Shown piece by piece: positions 8,061 to 16,895 of a stretch of 64,000 bases of DNA. The DNA comes from Acidobacteriota bacterium (GTDB taxonomy: Bacteria; Acidobacteriota; Vicinamibacteria; Vicinamibacterales; CAVVIG01), in NCBI GenBank assembly GCA_003222535.1, contig QHWJ01000345.1:1546-65545 (forward strand), written 5' to 3'. The position numbers and the translations under genes were made by a program. The notes beneath the pieces are model-generated. The model ran no database searches. It was given only the letters and a program-made list of their open reading frames with translations, and was not told the DNA's origin. Position 1 is the first letter of the stretch. Each line of letters begins with the position of its first letter.

Positions 8061-10253
8061 TTACGACCCGGGCTGCAGCGTCTTCGCCGCGCGCTCGAGC
8101 GCGCGAATGACGATCTTCGCCTGCTCTGCGGCGCGCGTGTAGTTGCCGGAGTCGACGGCTTCGCGCACCCCTGGAATCGTCTTCACCCCGTACCCGGTGT
8201 AGAGGCCCGGCGCATAGATCACGTGACGGTACCACGGACGATCCGGCAGCCCGGCGGGCTCGATCAGGTCGCGCTCGGCCATGATGAGCGCGCGGTTGAT
8301 CCGAGCCATCGCGCCGGCCGTGTTCATCTGGCCGGGGGCCGATCCGCCGCCCAGCAGCGTCTCGCCGGTCGAGCGGAGGCTCGCGCCGGCCTTCGCAAAC
8401 GCCTCCGCCGCCGCTTTCATCCCCGCGAAGTCGACGCTCTTGGAACCGTCCGGTGACGCGTGGCTCGCCTGCAGCTCGATCTCGGCGATGTACTCGAGGA
8501 TCTGGCCGCCGTAGGCTTCGTAGTCGAACGGGAGCACCTCGGCGTCGGCGAGGCGCAGCAGCGCGACGCCTGTCACTTGCGCCGCGAGCACGCTGTACTT
8601 GAACTGCGGATCGACGTACTTCTTGAACCAGGTCGGGTTGTCGTACGTCGAGTGATAGCTGCCGTCGCCGCCGCGATCGTTGAGGCCCATGTCGATCGAC
8701 GGGATGCCGACGTGATCGAGGAACGCCGTGTAGTCCGATCCCGATCCCAGGGCGCCGACGGCCGGCGTCTTCAGCGGCGGCTGACCGTCGCGCGCGGGCG
8801 CCTGCTCGCGCGACCGTTCGAGCCACAGGTCGTACAGCGTCTTCGATTGGCCCTCGGGCTGTATCGATTGCGCCAGCTCGTGGACGAACGGGCTGAGCGA
8901 GTGGACCGCGCTGCTGCTGAAGTTCAACCCGCCGGCGCCGGCGTCCCGATTGACGTACACCGCAGCTTTCGCTTTCAACTCTTCCGTCAGGTCCTCCACC
9001 CACTCGGTCGAACCGAGCAGTCCCTGCTCTTCGCCGTCCCAGCTGACGAAGAGCACGCTTCGCCGCGGCCTCCACCCCTTCTTCATCATGTCGCTCATCG
9101 CACGCGCGACGGCCATCATCGAAACGTGACCGCTCACCGAATCCGACGCGCCGAACGTCCACGCATCGCGGTGCGATCCGACGATGATCCATTCGTCCGG
9201 CGCGACCGAGCCGGCCATCCTGCCGACGACGTTGATCAGGCGGCGCTGGCCGTAGTCCATCCGCAGGCTCATGTGAACCTTCGCCGGGCCGGGACCGATG
9301 TGATACGTGATCGGCAGCGCGCCGCGCCACGCCTCCGGAGCGACCGGACCTTTCAGCCGCTTGAGCAGCTCGACACCGTCGCGATAGGACAGCGGCTGCA
9401 CGGGAATCGGCGCGAAGGTCTCGATCTTGTCCATCGGCAGGCGCTCGACGCCCGGCTTCGACGGACGACCGGGCGTCGACGGATCGCCGGGATATCTCGG
9501 CATGTCCATCACACTGCCGCGCTGAATCATCCCCCAGCCGCGGAACGGGCCGTCGGGATACACCTCGCCCTGGAAGTAGCCGTCCTCGTGCGGGTCCGAA
9601 TAGATGATGCAGGCGATCGCGCCGTGCTCGGACGCGACTTTCGGCTTGATGCCGCGCCAGCTGCCGCCGTAGCGCGCGAGGACGATTTTGCCCTTCACCT
9701 CGATGCCCAGCTTCTGCAGCGTCTCGTAGTCGGCCGGGATGCCGAAGTTCACGTAGACGATCTCGCCCGTCACGTCGCCCGACGGCGAATAGGCGTTGTA
9801 CGCCGGCAGGATGCCCGGCTTGTCGGCCCACTGATCGCCGCGGATCTTCTCCTCCTCGACCTGCAGCTTGATTGGGTCCGGCGCGACGATGTCGATGCGA
9901 CGCTGGCCGGGCCAGGGGAGCAGCACGCTGTACTCGTACTTGGTCGCGTCGAGGCCGAACGACTTGAACGCGTCGGCCACGTAGTCGGCCAGCTTGATCT
10001 CGTACGGCGAGCCGGTGTGATGCGGCTCGGCCGTCATGACGTCGAAGTCGGCCTCCGCCAGCTTCGGCGAGGGAGCGGCCTTCATCTCGCGTTCGCGCGC
10101 CGTTTCAGCCGCGCTCGACGCAGCCGAAAACCCCCGGATGCGCGCAGGAGCATTCCCCTGGCCCGAGCCTGGTCCCGAGGCTTGCGCCGATAACCAGGTG
10201 ACGCCGGCCGTCGCGGCACAGAACGCCAGCACCGGAACGCCGAAACGACACAT
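8061..10253 (-). CDS. M28 family metallopeptidase with PA and transferrin-receptor-like dimerisation domains (glutamate carboxypeptidase II-like)
   Basis: GSHRDAWTFGASDSVSGH and WDGEEQGLLGSTEW (M28 zinc ligands) are present, with a C-terminal TfR-like dimerisation region. The start was reset to the ATG at 10253, which has AAGGAGGG upstream and a signal peptide MCRFGVPVLAFCAATAG. Confidence 0.85.
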   Translation of the reverse strand: MCRFGVPVLAFCAATAGVTWLSAQASGPGSGQGNAPARIRGFSAASSAAETAREREMKAAPSPKLAEADFDVMTAEPHHTGSPYEIKLADYVADAFKSFGLDATKYEYSVLLPWPGQRRIDIVAPDPIKLQVEEEKIRGDQWADKPGILPAYNAYSPSGDVTGEIVYVNFGIPADYETLQKLGIEVKGKIVLARYGGSWRGIKPKVASEHGAIACIIYSDPHEDGYFQGEVYPDGPFRGWGMIQRGSVMDMPRYPGDPSTPGRPSKPGVERLPMDKIETFAPIPVQPLSYRDGVELLKRLKGPVAPEAWRGALPITYHIGPGPAKVHMSLRMDYGQRRLINVVGRMAGSVAPDEWIIVGSHRDAWTFGASDSVSGHVSMMAVARAMSDMMKKGWRPRRSVLFVSWDGEEQGLLGSTEWVEDLTEELKAKAAVYVNRDAGAGGLNFSSSAVHSLSPFVHELAQSIQPEGQSKTLYDLWLERSREQAPARDGQPPLKTPAVGALGSGSDYTAFLDHVGIPSIDMGLNDRGGDGSYHSTYDNPTWFKKYVDPQFKYSVLAAQVTGVALLRLADAEVLPFDYEAYGGQILEYIAEIELQASHASPDGSKSVDFAGMKAAAEAFAKAGASLRSTGETLLGGGSAPGQMNTAGAMARINRALIMAERDLIEPAGLPDRPWYRHVIYAPGLYTGYGVKTIPGVREAVDSGNYTRAAEQAKIVIRALERAAKTLQPGS

Positions 10254-10272
10254 CACTGCCCTCCTTGGCGGG

Positions 10273-10635
10273 CTAGCGGTGGAAATAATCGTCAGTGTGA
10301 TCGAGCCAGTCCTGGCGAATCGGGCTGAACACATCGAGCTCGAAAGTATCCTCGAGCGCCTCGGCCTGGTGCTCGACCCGCGACGGGATGTGCAGCAACT
10401 CGCCTTCGCGTACGATGATCTCATCGCCGCCGATCAGGAACTTCAGCGCGCCCTCCAGGATGTAGGTCATCTGCTCGCTCTCGTGCGAGTGCATCGGTAC
10501 GAGGCAGCCGCGCTTCAAGTAGATCTGCGCGAGCATCTCGCGCTCGCCCGTCACGACCTTGCGCGATAGCATTTCGGTGACTTTTTCGAGCGCGATCTCG
10601 TCCCATCGATGCAGACGAACCGTCCGGGTGCTCAT
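10273..10635 (-). CDS. cupin domain protein
   Basis: [22 protein letters not shown]...LHIPSRVEH is a two-motif cupin signature. Internal ATG at 10635 chosen. Confidence 0.75.
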   Translation of the reverse strand: MSTRTVRLHRWDEIALEKVTEMLSRKVVTGEREMLAQIYLKRGCLVPMHSHESEQMTYILEGALKFLIGGDEIIVREGELLHIPSRVEHQAEALEDTFELDVFSPIRQDWLDHTDDYFHR

Positions 10636-10664
10636 GAGGTGGAGCATATACCAACAGGTCCCGA

Positions 10665-10673
10665 TGCTATAAT
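10665..10673 (+). promoter_or_regulatory. extended -10 promoter element (TGcTATAAT) for the E1 gene
   Basis: A perfect TATAAT at 10668-10673 is preceded by TGn. Only 10 nt lie between it and the ATG at 10684, and there is no SD. Confidence 0.45.
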
Positions 10674-10683
10674 CGGGCTCCGC

Positions 10684-12804
10684 ATGAAGGCCGTTCTCAA
10701 CGGGCGAGAGCCGCAGTTGTTCGACGGACTCGCTCGCGAGGATCTGCTCGCCGTCTACCGGTGCATGCTCCTGTCGCGCAAACTGGACGACAAGGAAATC
10801 CAGCTCAAGGGCCAGAGCCAGATCTTTTTTCAGATCAGCGGCGCCGGACACGAAGCGGTGCTTGTGGCCGCGGGCCTCACGCTCAAACCGGCGTACGACT
10901 GGTTCTTTCCGTACTATCGCGATCGGGCGCTGTGCCTGCAGCTCGGGGTCACGCCGCTCGAAATGCTGCTGGCGGCGGTCGGCGCGAAGGACGATCCGGC
11001 TTCAGGCGGGCGCCAGATGCCGTCGCACTGGGGCCACGCGGCGTTCAACATCGTCTCCGGTTCGAGCCCGACCGGCACGCAGGTCCTGCACGCCGTCGGC
11101 GCCGCGGAAGCGGGCGTCATCTACGGCCGCGTGCCCGAGATTCCCGATCGGGAGTCGCGATTCCACGCAGACGAGATTACGTACGTCTCGCTCGGCGAGG
11201 GCGCGACGAGCGAAGGCGAGTTCTGGGAGGCGCTCAACAGCACGTGCATCAAGCAGCTCCCCGTGCTCTTCCTCGTCGAGGACAACGGCTACGCGATCTC
11301 GGTGCCGGTCGAAGTGCAGACGGCGGGTGGCGACATCTCGCGACTCGTGCGATCGTTTCCCGGGCTCCACGTCGACTCGATCGACGGCACCGACTTCTTC
11401 GCCAGCCTGCGCGCGATGCGCGAGGCGACCGCCTACGTGCGCGCGCGCAAGGGCCCGGCCTTCGTGCATGCACGGGTCATCCGTCCGTACTCGCACTCGC
11501 TGTCCGACGACGAGAAGCTGTACAAGCCGCCGGCCGAGCGCGCGGCGGAAGCGCGACGCGATCCGATCGTGCGCTTTGCGGATCTCCTGAAGCTGAACGC
11601 CCTCGCGACCGACGAGGATCTGGCGGCGATGGCCGCCGACGTCGAGCGCGAAGTCACCGAGGCGGCGCTGAAGGCGCTCGCCGCGCCGAAGCCGGCGAAG
11701 GACACCGCCGAGCTGTGGGTGTACTCGCCCGACGTCGATCCCACCTCCGCCGCGTTCGAGACGCCTGCGCGTCCCGAAGGCAAGGCCGAAACGATGGTGT
11801 CGGCGATCAACCGCACGCTCAAGGACGAGATGGCGCGCGACGCGCGGATCGTCGTCTTCGGCGAGGATGTCGCGGACGCCAGCAAGAAGGACGCGCTGCC
11901 GCTCGTGCCCGGCAAGGGCGGCGTCTTCAAGCTCACGCACGGCCTGCAACGGCTCTACGGCGACGACCGCGTCTTCAACTCGCCGATCGCCGAAGCCAGC
12001 ATCGTCGGCCGCGGGATCGGGATGGCGACGCGCAAGCTGAAGCCGGTCGTCGAGATCCAGTTCTTCGACTACATCTGGCCGGCGATGATGCAGATCCGCG
12101 ACGAGTTGACCGTGATCCGGTATCGATCGGGCAACACGTGGTCGTGCCCGATGGTCATCCGCGTCCCGATCGGCGGGTACCTGCGCGGCGGCGGGCCGTA
12201 CCACAGCCAGTCGGGAGAGAGCATCTTCGCGCACTGTCCCGGCCTTCGTATCGCGTATCCGTCCAACGCCGTCGACGCGGCGGGGCTCCTGCGGACGGCG
12301 ATTCGCTGCGACGACCCGGTTCTGTTCCTCGAACACAAACACCTGTACCGCCAGACCTACAACAAGGGTGAATATCCCGGCAGGGACTTCATGATCCCGT
12401 TCGGCCGCGCGAGCCTGCGCCGCGCGGGCGATCACGTCATCGTCATCACCTGGGGCGCGCTCGTGCAGCGGTCGCTGCTGGCGGCGCATCAGGCGGAAAA
12501 AGATCACATCAGCGTTGCCGTCCTGGACCTCCGGACGCTGGTCCCGTACGACTGGGCGGCGATCGCCGCTCACGTGAAGCGGACGAACCGCGTCGTCGTC
12601 GCTCATGAGGATCAGATGGTGTGCGGATTCGGCGGCGAGATAGCGGCGCGGATCGCCGGCGAGCTGTTCGAGCACCTCGACGCGCCGGTGAAACGCGTCG
12701 GCGCGCTGAGCACACCGGTGGCGTACTGCCCGGACCTCGAAGAAGCCATCCTCCCGCAGTCTGCCGACGTGCTGAAGGCCATTCGCGAAACCGCCAGGTA
12801 CTGA
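10684..12804 (+). CDS. 2-oxoacid dehydrogenase E1 component, fused alpha/beta subunits (ThDP-dependent)
   Basis: The N-terminal half has SGAGHEAV...[15 protein letters not shown] (E1 alpha ThDP motif). The C-terminal half is E1 beta/transketolase-like (VFGEDVAD...[12 protein letters not shown]). Confidence 0.9.
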   Translation: MKAVLNGREPQLFDGLAREDLLAVYRCMLLSRKLDDKEIQLKGQSQIFFQISGAGHEAVLVAAGLTLKPAYDWFFPYYRDRALCLQLGVTPLEMLLAAVGAKDDPASGGRQMPSHWGHAAFNIVSGSSPTGTQVLHAVGAAEAGVIYGRVPEIPDRESRFHADEITYVSLGEGATSEGEFWEALNSTCIKQLPVLFLVEDNGYAISVPVEVQTAGGDISRLVRSFPGLHVDSIDGTDFFASLRAMREATAYVRARKGPAFVHARVIRPYSHSLSDDEKLYKPPAERAAEARRDPIVRFADLLKLNALATDEDLAAMAADVEREVTEAALKALAAPKPAKDTAELWVYSPDVDPTSAAFETPARPEGKAETMVSAINRTLKDEMARDARIVVFGEDVADASKKDALPLVPGKGGVFKLTHGLQRLYGDDRVFNSPIAEASIVGRGIGMATRKLKPVVEIQFFDYIWPAMMQIRDELTVIRYRSGNTWSCPMVIRVPIGGYLRGGGPYHSQSGESIFAHCPGLRIAYPSNAVDAAGLLRTAIRCDDPVLFLEHKHLYRQTYNKGEYPGRDFMIPFGRASLRRAGDHVIVITWGALVQRSLLAAHQAEKDHISVAVLDLRTLVPYDWAAIAAHVKRTNRVVVAHEDQMVCGFGGEIAARIAGELFEHLDAPVKRVGALSTPVAYCPDLEEAILPQSADVLKAIRETARY

Positions 12805-12854
12805 CCGCTGAGCTCATGGCGCGACAAGCTCACCAAGAGCGCTGGAGGCCGATC

Positions 12855-12929
12855 TTGAACGGCGGACACGTTCACGTCGAGCGCGTGGGAGGCCGACCGT
12901 TGAACGGCGGGCACGCTCACCATGAGCGC
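12855..12929. repeat. 45-bp-period direct duplication
   Basis: ttgaacggcggacacgttcacgtcgagcgc (12855-12884) is repeated as ttgaacggcgggcacgctcaccatgagcgc (12900-12929). Confidence 0.7.
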
Positions 12930-13006
12930 CCGGCCTGAGCCCTTCGAGTCTCCGCTCGTCCTGAGCGTGTCGAAGGACGAGCAGCTTGCTCAGGACGGGC
13001 CCGTCA
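12914..13006. repeat. dispersed ~95-nt palindromic (REP/MITE-like) element, copy A
   Basis: About 85% identical by eye to 59447-59540. Both read gctcaccatgag..cctgagcccttcga..ccgctcNtcctgagcNtgtcgaaggaNgag..gctcaggac and contain the internal hairpin ctcNtcc/ggaNgag. Confidence 0.75.
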
Positions 13007-13017
13007 GAGGACGAGCC

Positions 13018-14139
13018 GTGCGCGGGCTCTGCGTGCTTTGCGGTATCTGTCTTCTGACGACGTCGCCCGCGGCGCTGAAACCCGACGTCCTCCGATCGTC
13101 GGCCGCCGTCCCGGCGCACATCGCCGGGCGGTTTCGCGAACCCACCGGCTTTCAGCAGTCATCATCAGGCCAGTACTTCGTGTTCGATCGTCGCGCGCAC
13201 GCGGTCTACGGCCTCGACGCCCAGCGGTCCAGCTCGTGGGAAATCATTCAGATCGGAGCCGAGCCGGGGCGCATCATCGAACCGACGGCGTTCGCGGTCG
13301 AGCCGAACGGAACCTTCGTGGTCGCGGACGCGCCGAACAACCGCGAGCGCATCCAGGTTTTCACGCCGGCCGGCTTTCGGATCGGCGGATTCCTCGTCCC
13401 CGGGCGGGTGAAAGCGCGTGTGATGATCGAGAACGCGGTGTTGAACGGCATCGGATCGCTGCAATACACCGGCACCTCGATTCTCATGTCGCTGCCCGAG
13501 ACCGGCGCACTCATCACCGAATACGCCCTGAACGGCGGCGTGAACCGGACCTTCGGCCGTTTGCGCCGGACGGGCCACGAGGACGACCGCGACGTGCATC
13601 TCGCGCTGAACAGCGGGATCCCGCTCGTCGACCCGAACGGCAGCTTCTTTTTCGTGTTTCAGACGGGCGAACCGGTGTTCCAGAAGTACGACGCCGCCGG
13701 ACAGCTGGTGTTCGAACGGCACGTCGAAGGACGCGAGATCGATCAGCTCGTCGGCCGGCTGCCCACCGAATGGCCGGCGCGGCACACGAGCGAGGGCGAA
13801 TTGCCGCTGGTGAGGCCGACGATTCGGACGGCGACGGTCGATCGCACGGGCCGTCTGTGGATCGCGTTCGTCGTGCCCTACACGTATGTCTACGATGGCG
13901 AAGGCGACAAGACCCGAACCGTCCAGTTCCGCGGCGCCGGCCTCATTGCACCGAACAGCCTGTTCTTCGGGAAGAACGGCCAGGTGCTCGTCACACCGGG
14001 GCTGCTCGAATTCGAGCCCGAGGGCGCAGGAAGAGCACGAGGAGCAGGATCGCCGGGACAGCTGAGGTTCCCCATCCAGCCGGTCCAGCCCGTCCAGCCG
14101 ATCCCGCCCGTTCCACCCATCCCGCCAACGGCTTCGTGA
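13018..14139 (+). CDS. secreted beta-propeller-like hypothetical protein (NHL-like repeats)
   Basis: After a hydrophobic leader come repeated blade-like segments (FVFDRRAHAVYGLD, FVVADAPNNRERIQVF, FFFVFQTGEPVFQKYD, LWIAFVVPYTYVYD). The ORF-track N-terminus (12922-13017) is a translated REP element, so the start is uncertain. Confidence 0.5.
   Translation: MRGLCVLCGICLLTTSPAALKPDVLRSSAAVPAHIAGRFREPTGFQQSSSGQYFVFDRRAHAVYGLDAQRSSSWEIIQIGAEPGRIIEPTAFAVEPNGTFVVADAPNNRERIQVFTPAGFRIGGFLVPGRVKARVMIENAVLNGIGSLQYTGTSILMSLPETGALITEYALNGGVNRTFGRLRRTGHEDDRDVHLALNSGIPLVDPNGSFFFVFQTGEPVFQKYDAAGQLVFERHVEGREIDQLVGRLPTEWPARHTSEGELPLVRPTIRTATVDRTGRLWIAFVVPYTYVYDGEGDKTRTVQFRGAGLIAPNSLFFGKNGQVLVTPGLLEFEPEGAGRARGAGSPGQLRFPIQPVQPVQPIPPVPPIPPTAS
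14073..14126 (+). repeat. six tandem 9-mers (NNTCCAGCC-like) encoding PIQPVQPVQPIPPVPPIPP
   Basis: catccagcc ggtccagcc cgtccagcc gatcccgcc cgttccacc catcccgcc lies at the 3' end of the propeller gene, just before the GTGA junction with the ABC ATPase. Confidence 0.7.
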
Positions 14140-15080
14140 TCGCCGCGACTCGCCTGACCCGCCGCTTCGGCTCACGCACCGTGGTCAACGACATCACGTT
14201 CGCGGTGTCTCGCTCTGAAATCGTCGCGCTGCTGGGCCCGAACGGGGCCGGCAAGACCACCACACTGAGAATGCTGGCGGGGCTGATCGCGCCGACCAGC
14301 GGCTCGGTGGCGATTGACGGCGTGCAGCTCACGAAGGCGGCGGGGACGTCGCTGCGCCGCCGCATCGGGTTTCTCACCGAGGCCCCCGGTCTCTGGGATC
14401 GGCTCACCGTTCGCGAGAACCTGCGCATCTACGCCGGCCTTTACGATCTTGCGCACGCCGAACAGACGATCGACCGCGCGCTCGAGATGTTCGAGCTGAC
14501 CGACTGCCGATCGGCGCGCGCCGCTGAACTGTCGAAAGGCATGCGGCAAAAGGTCGCGCTGGCCCGCGCCCTCCTGCACGATCCGGCGATCCTGCTGCTC
14601 GACGAGCCGTCGTCCGGGCTCGATCCCGAGGTGATGCGAATGGTCCGCCGGCTGCTCGAGGAGCGGCGGGCCGCCGGCTGCTCGATCCTCGTGTCGACGC
14701 ACAATCTCGACGAGGCCGAGCGTCTGGCGGATCGCGTCGCCGTGCTCCACGAGCGGCTGCTGGCGATCGATCGGCCGTCGGCGCTGCGGCAGCGGCTGAC
14801 GACCGGGCGCCTGATCGTCCGCGTATCCGGCGATCCGTCCTCCTACATCGAGACAGTGCGAGCGCTCGGACCCGGCTTCACGGACCCGGCGATCGAAGGG
14901 GCGGCGCTCATCCTTCGCGTCGCGGACCTCGACCGGCAGGCCCCCGCCCTGGTGGCGGCGCTGGTCGCCGGCGGCGCGCGGATCCTCGAGGTCCGCGCGG
15001 AGATCCCCGCGCTCGAGGACGTCTATCTTCATCTCGTGGGCGAGACGTCAGAAGTCAGAAGTCAGAAGTCTGAAGTCTGA
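14136..15080 (+). CDS. ABC transporter ATP-binding protein (ABC-2/DrrA-like)
   Basis: GPNGAGKTTT (Walker A), LSKGMRQKVALA (signature) and ILLLDEPSSGLD (Walker B) are present. The GTG at 14136 overlaps the upstream stop (GTGA). Confidence 0.9.
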   Translation: MIAATRLTRRFGSRTVVNDITFAVSRSEIVALLGPNGAGKTTTLRMLAGLIAPTSGSVAIDGVQLTKAAGTSLRRRIGFLTEAPGLWDRLTVRENLRIYAGLYDLAHAEQTIDRALEMFELTDCRSARAAELSKGMRQKVALARALLHDPAILLLDEPSSGLDPEVMRMVRRLLEERRAAGCSILVSTHNLDEAERLADRVAVLHERLLAIDRPSALRQRLTTGRLIVRVSGDPSSYIETVRALGPGFTDPAIEGAALILRVADLDRQAPALVAALVAGGARILEVRAEIPALEDVYLHLVGETSEVRSQKSEV

Positions 15081-15085
15081 CGTTC
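15044..15085. repeat. heptamer-built hairpin (GTCAGAA)3(GTCTGAA)2
   Basis: acgtcagaAGtcaga ... tctgaAGtctgacgt forms an inverted pair. It encodes the ATPase tail SEVRSQKSEV and contains its stop codon. Confidence 0.7.
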
Positions 15086-15098
15086 AAGTGCGATAACG

Positions 15099-15893
15099 AT
15101 GAGGCGGATTCGAACGCTCATCACGAAAGAGTTCCTCGACCTGGCGCGGAACCGCACGGCGCTGCTGCCGGTGGTGATCGTGACCGTGCTGTCGCTCGTG
15201 CTGCCGTTCGGCATCGCCGTCGGCGTCCCGGCGATGACGGGCCACGGTCTGGGCGAGGACGCCGATCTTTTGAGAGTGAGCGTGGCGGTCGGGTCCGGCG
15301 AGGCGCTCTCGAGCGACGCGCGTATCCAGCTCTTTCTGTTCCAGCAGTTCCTGATGCTGTTCCTGCTCACGCCGATAACGGGAGCGATGGCGCTGGCTGC
15401 GCATGCGATTGTCGGCGAGAAGCAGGCGCGCACGCTCGAGCCGTTGCTGGCCACCCCGATCACGACGTTCGAGCTGCTGGCCGCCAAGGTGTTCGGTGCG
15501 CTGATCCCGACGCTTGCCATCTCCCTCGCAGGTCTGGCGCTCTATTTCGCGGGGATCCTGGCGTTCGCCTTGCCCGGGGTGGCGGCCGCGATGGCCAGCG
15601 CCCGGACGCTGATGCTCGTCGTGCTGGTGGCACCGGCGGCGGCGCTCGTCTCCCTGCAGTCGGCGATCCTGATCTCGTCGCGCGCGAACGATCCGCGCAC
15701 CGCGCAGCAGTTCGGGGTCCTCATCATCATCCCGCTGGCCGGGGTCCTGGTCGCGCAGTTCACCGGCTCCTTGTGGCTGTCGGCCGCCGCGCTCGGGCTG
15801 CTCGGTCTGGGCCTGCTCGGCGTCTGGCTTCTCCTGACGCTTCTCAGCGTCGCGGTCTTCGATCGAGAAGCGATCTTGACGCGGTGGAGGTGA
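15099..15893 (+). CDS. ABC-2 type transporter permease
   Basis: It has six predicted hydrophobic helices and follows the ATPase by 18 nt. Confidence 0.7.
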   Translation: MRRIRTLITKEFLDLARNRTALLPVVIVTVLSLVLPFGIAVGVPAMTGHGLGEDADLLRVSVAVGSGEALSSDARIQLFLFQQFLMLFLLTPITGAMALAAHAIVGEKQARTLEPLLATPITTFELLAAKVFGALIPTLAISLAGLALYFAGILAFALPGVAAAMASARTLMLVVLVAPAAALVSLQSAILISSRANDPRTAQQFGVLIIIPLAGVLVAQFTGSLWLSAAALGLLGLGLLGVWLLLTLLSVAVFDREAILTRWR

Positions 15894-16000
15894 CACGCGA
15901 ACCCTCGACGTAGCGCGAGGCTTTCAGCCGAGCGGCCCCCCCCCGCGGCTCGCCTGAAGGGCCCGCCCTCCGATGGCGACGCTTGACAGCGCGACCGCAA

Positions 16001-16020
16001 CTGAATGACCATTCATTCAG
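16001..16020. promoter_or_regulatory. perfect inverted repeat CTGAATGA-N4-TCATTCAG, candidate TetR/FadR operator
   Basis: The two 8-bp arms are exact reverse complements. It is the only such palindrome in the 390-bp gap upstream of the TetR and beta-oxidation genes. Confidence 0.5.
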
Positions 16021-16283
16021 TCATGGCATTGAACGCGGCGGTCCGACGACCTCGCCCGGGGAACCCGGGCACACCGCCCGGCCCTGGCAGTCCGTGGGGC
16101 AAGTCCATCGTTGCACCGAGAGCGGCGAGGCGCCCGTCTGGCAAGGCGCGACGACCGAGAACCGGGGCCCCCGCCGCGCCTGGTTTGCGCGGTGGGGTGG
16201 CAATACCGGGAGTATTTGAGGGAGGAGCAACGCCGCCGGACCCGGGGTCCCCAACGCGGCAGCCGCGTTGGGGTGGAGGCGGG

Positions 16284-16895
16284 ATGCAGCGCCGCTCGAA
16301 TGCAGAGGGAGTTGCACCACGGGCTGCCAAGCGTGACGCCATCCTGCGCGCCGCCATCGACGTCTTCGCCGGGCGCGGATACTTCAACGCCCAGGTCGCG
16401 GACGTCGCCCGCGCCGCGGGCATCGCGGCCGGCACGGTGTACCTCTACTTCAAGAGCAAGGACGACCTGCTCGTCTCGATTTTCGAGCGGAGCATGCGCG
16501 AAGGCCTGGCCGAGGGACGCGCCGCGGTCGCCGACCTCACCGACCCGGGCGCGCGGCTTCGGCGCCTGGCCCGCGGTCACCTCGCGCGCCTGGGGCACGA
16601 CCGCAACCTCGCGATCGTCTTCCAGGTGGAGCTGCGGAGCTCGATAAAATTCATGGAGCGCTTTTCGGCGACGCTGCTGCGCGACTACCTCGGCCTCATC
16701 CGCGAGGCGATTGCCGATGGCCAGCGCGAGGGGCTGTTTCGCGCCGACCTCAAGCCCACCTCCGCCGCGAAGATGCTGTTCGGCGCGCTCGACGAGATGG
16801 CGACCAACTGGATCCTGAGCCGGCGGCGCTATTCACTCGAGGCTGACGCCGACGCGGTGGTCGACCTCTTCATCAACGGCGCCCGGCCACGATGA
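16284..16895 (+). CDS. TetR/AcrR family transcriptional regulator (FadR-like by context)
   Basis: RDAILRAAIDVFAGRGYFNAQVADVARAAGIAAGTVYLYFKSKDDLL is a TetR HTH. GGAGG lies 5 nt upstream of the ATG at 16284. ATGA overlap with the next gene. Confidence 0.85.
   Translation: MQRRSNAEGVAPRAAKRDAILRAAIDVFAGRGYFNAQVADVARAAGIAAGTVYLYFKSKDDLLVSIFERSMREGLAEGRAAVADLTDPGARLRRLARGHLARLGHDRNLAIVFQVELRSSIKFMERFSATLLRDYLGLIREAIADGQREGLFRADLKPTSAAKMLFGALDEMATNWILSRRRYSLEADADAVVDLFINGARPR

Noticed and set aside
7462-9831. Very long ORFs antisense to, or out of phase with, good genes. Examples: 7462-9831, 11002-12675, 17366-19027, 21208-23556, 43332-45488, 1032-1853, 13038-14135, 38903-40261.
   Set aside because: Their translations are Arg/Gly/Pro/Ala-rich low-complexity strings with no motifs. 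They overlap genes with clear family signatures. This is the usual stop-codon-poor artefact of high-GC DNA.
12922-13017. The ATG at 12922 as the start of the propeller-like protein, and the similar repeat-derived N-termini of ThiI (49039-49164), the DUF1684 protein (23684-23728) and the LolA-like protein (35194-35262).
   Set aside because: These segments are translations of dispersed or tandem repeats (SLSKDE-like, INQSINQS, VGQVGRVG). Better starts with signal peptides or family-typical N-termini lie downstream.
15983-15988. TTGACA as the -35 of the TetR operon promoter.
   Set aside because: No acceptable -10 hexamer lies 16-19 nt downstream (tgacca/gaccat), so I do not call a promoter here.
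16005-16283. A 93-aa N-terminal extension of the TetR regulator from the ATG at 16005.
   Set aside because: The extension is P/G/R-rich with no fold signal. The ATG lies inside the operator palindrome. A GGAGG SD precedes the ATG at 16284, where the TetR HTH begins at the normal distance.
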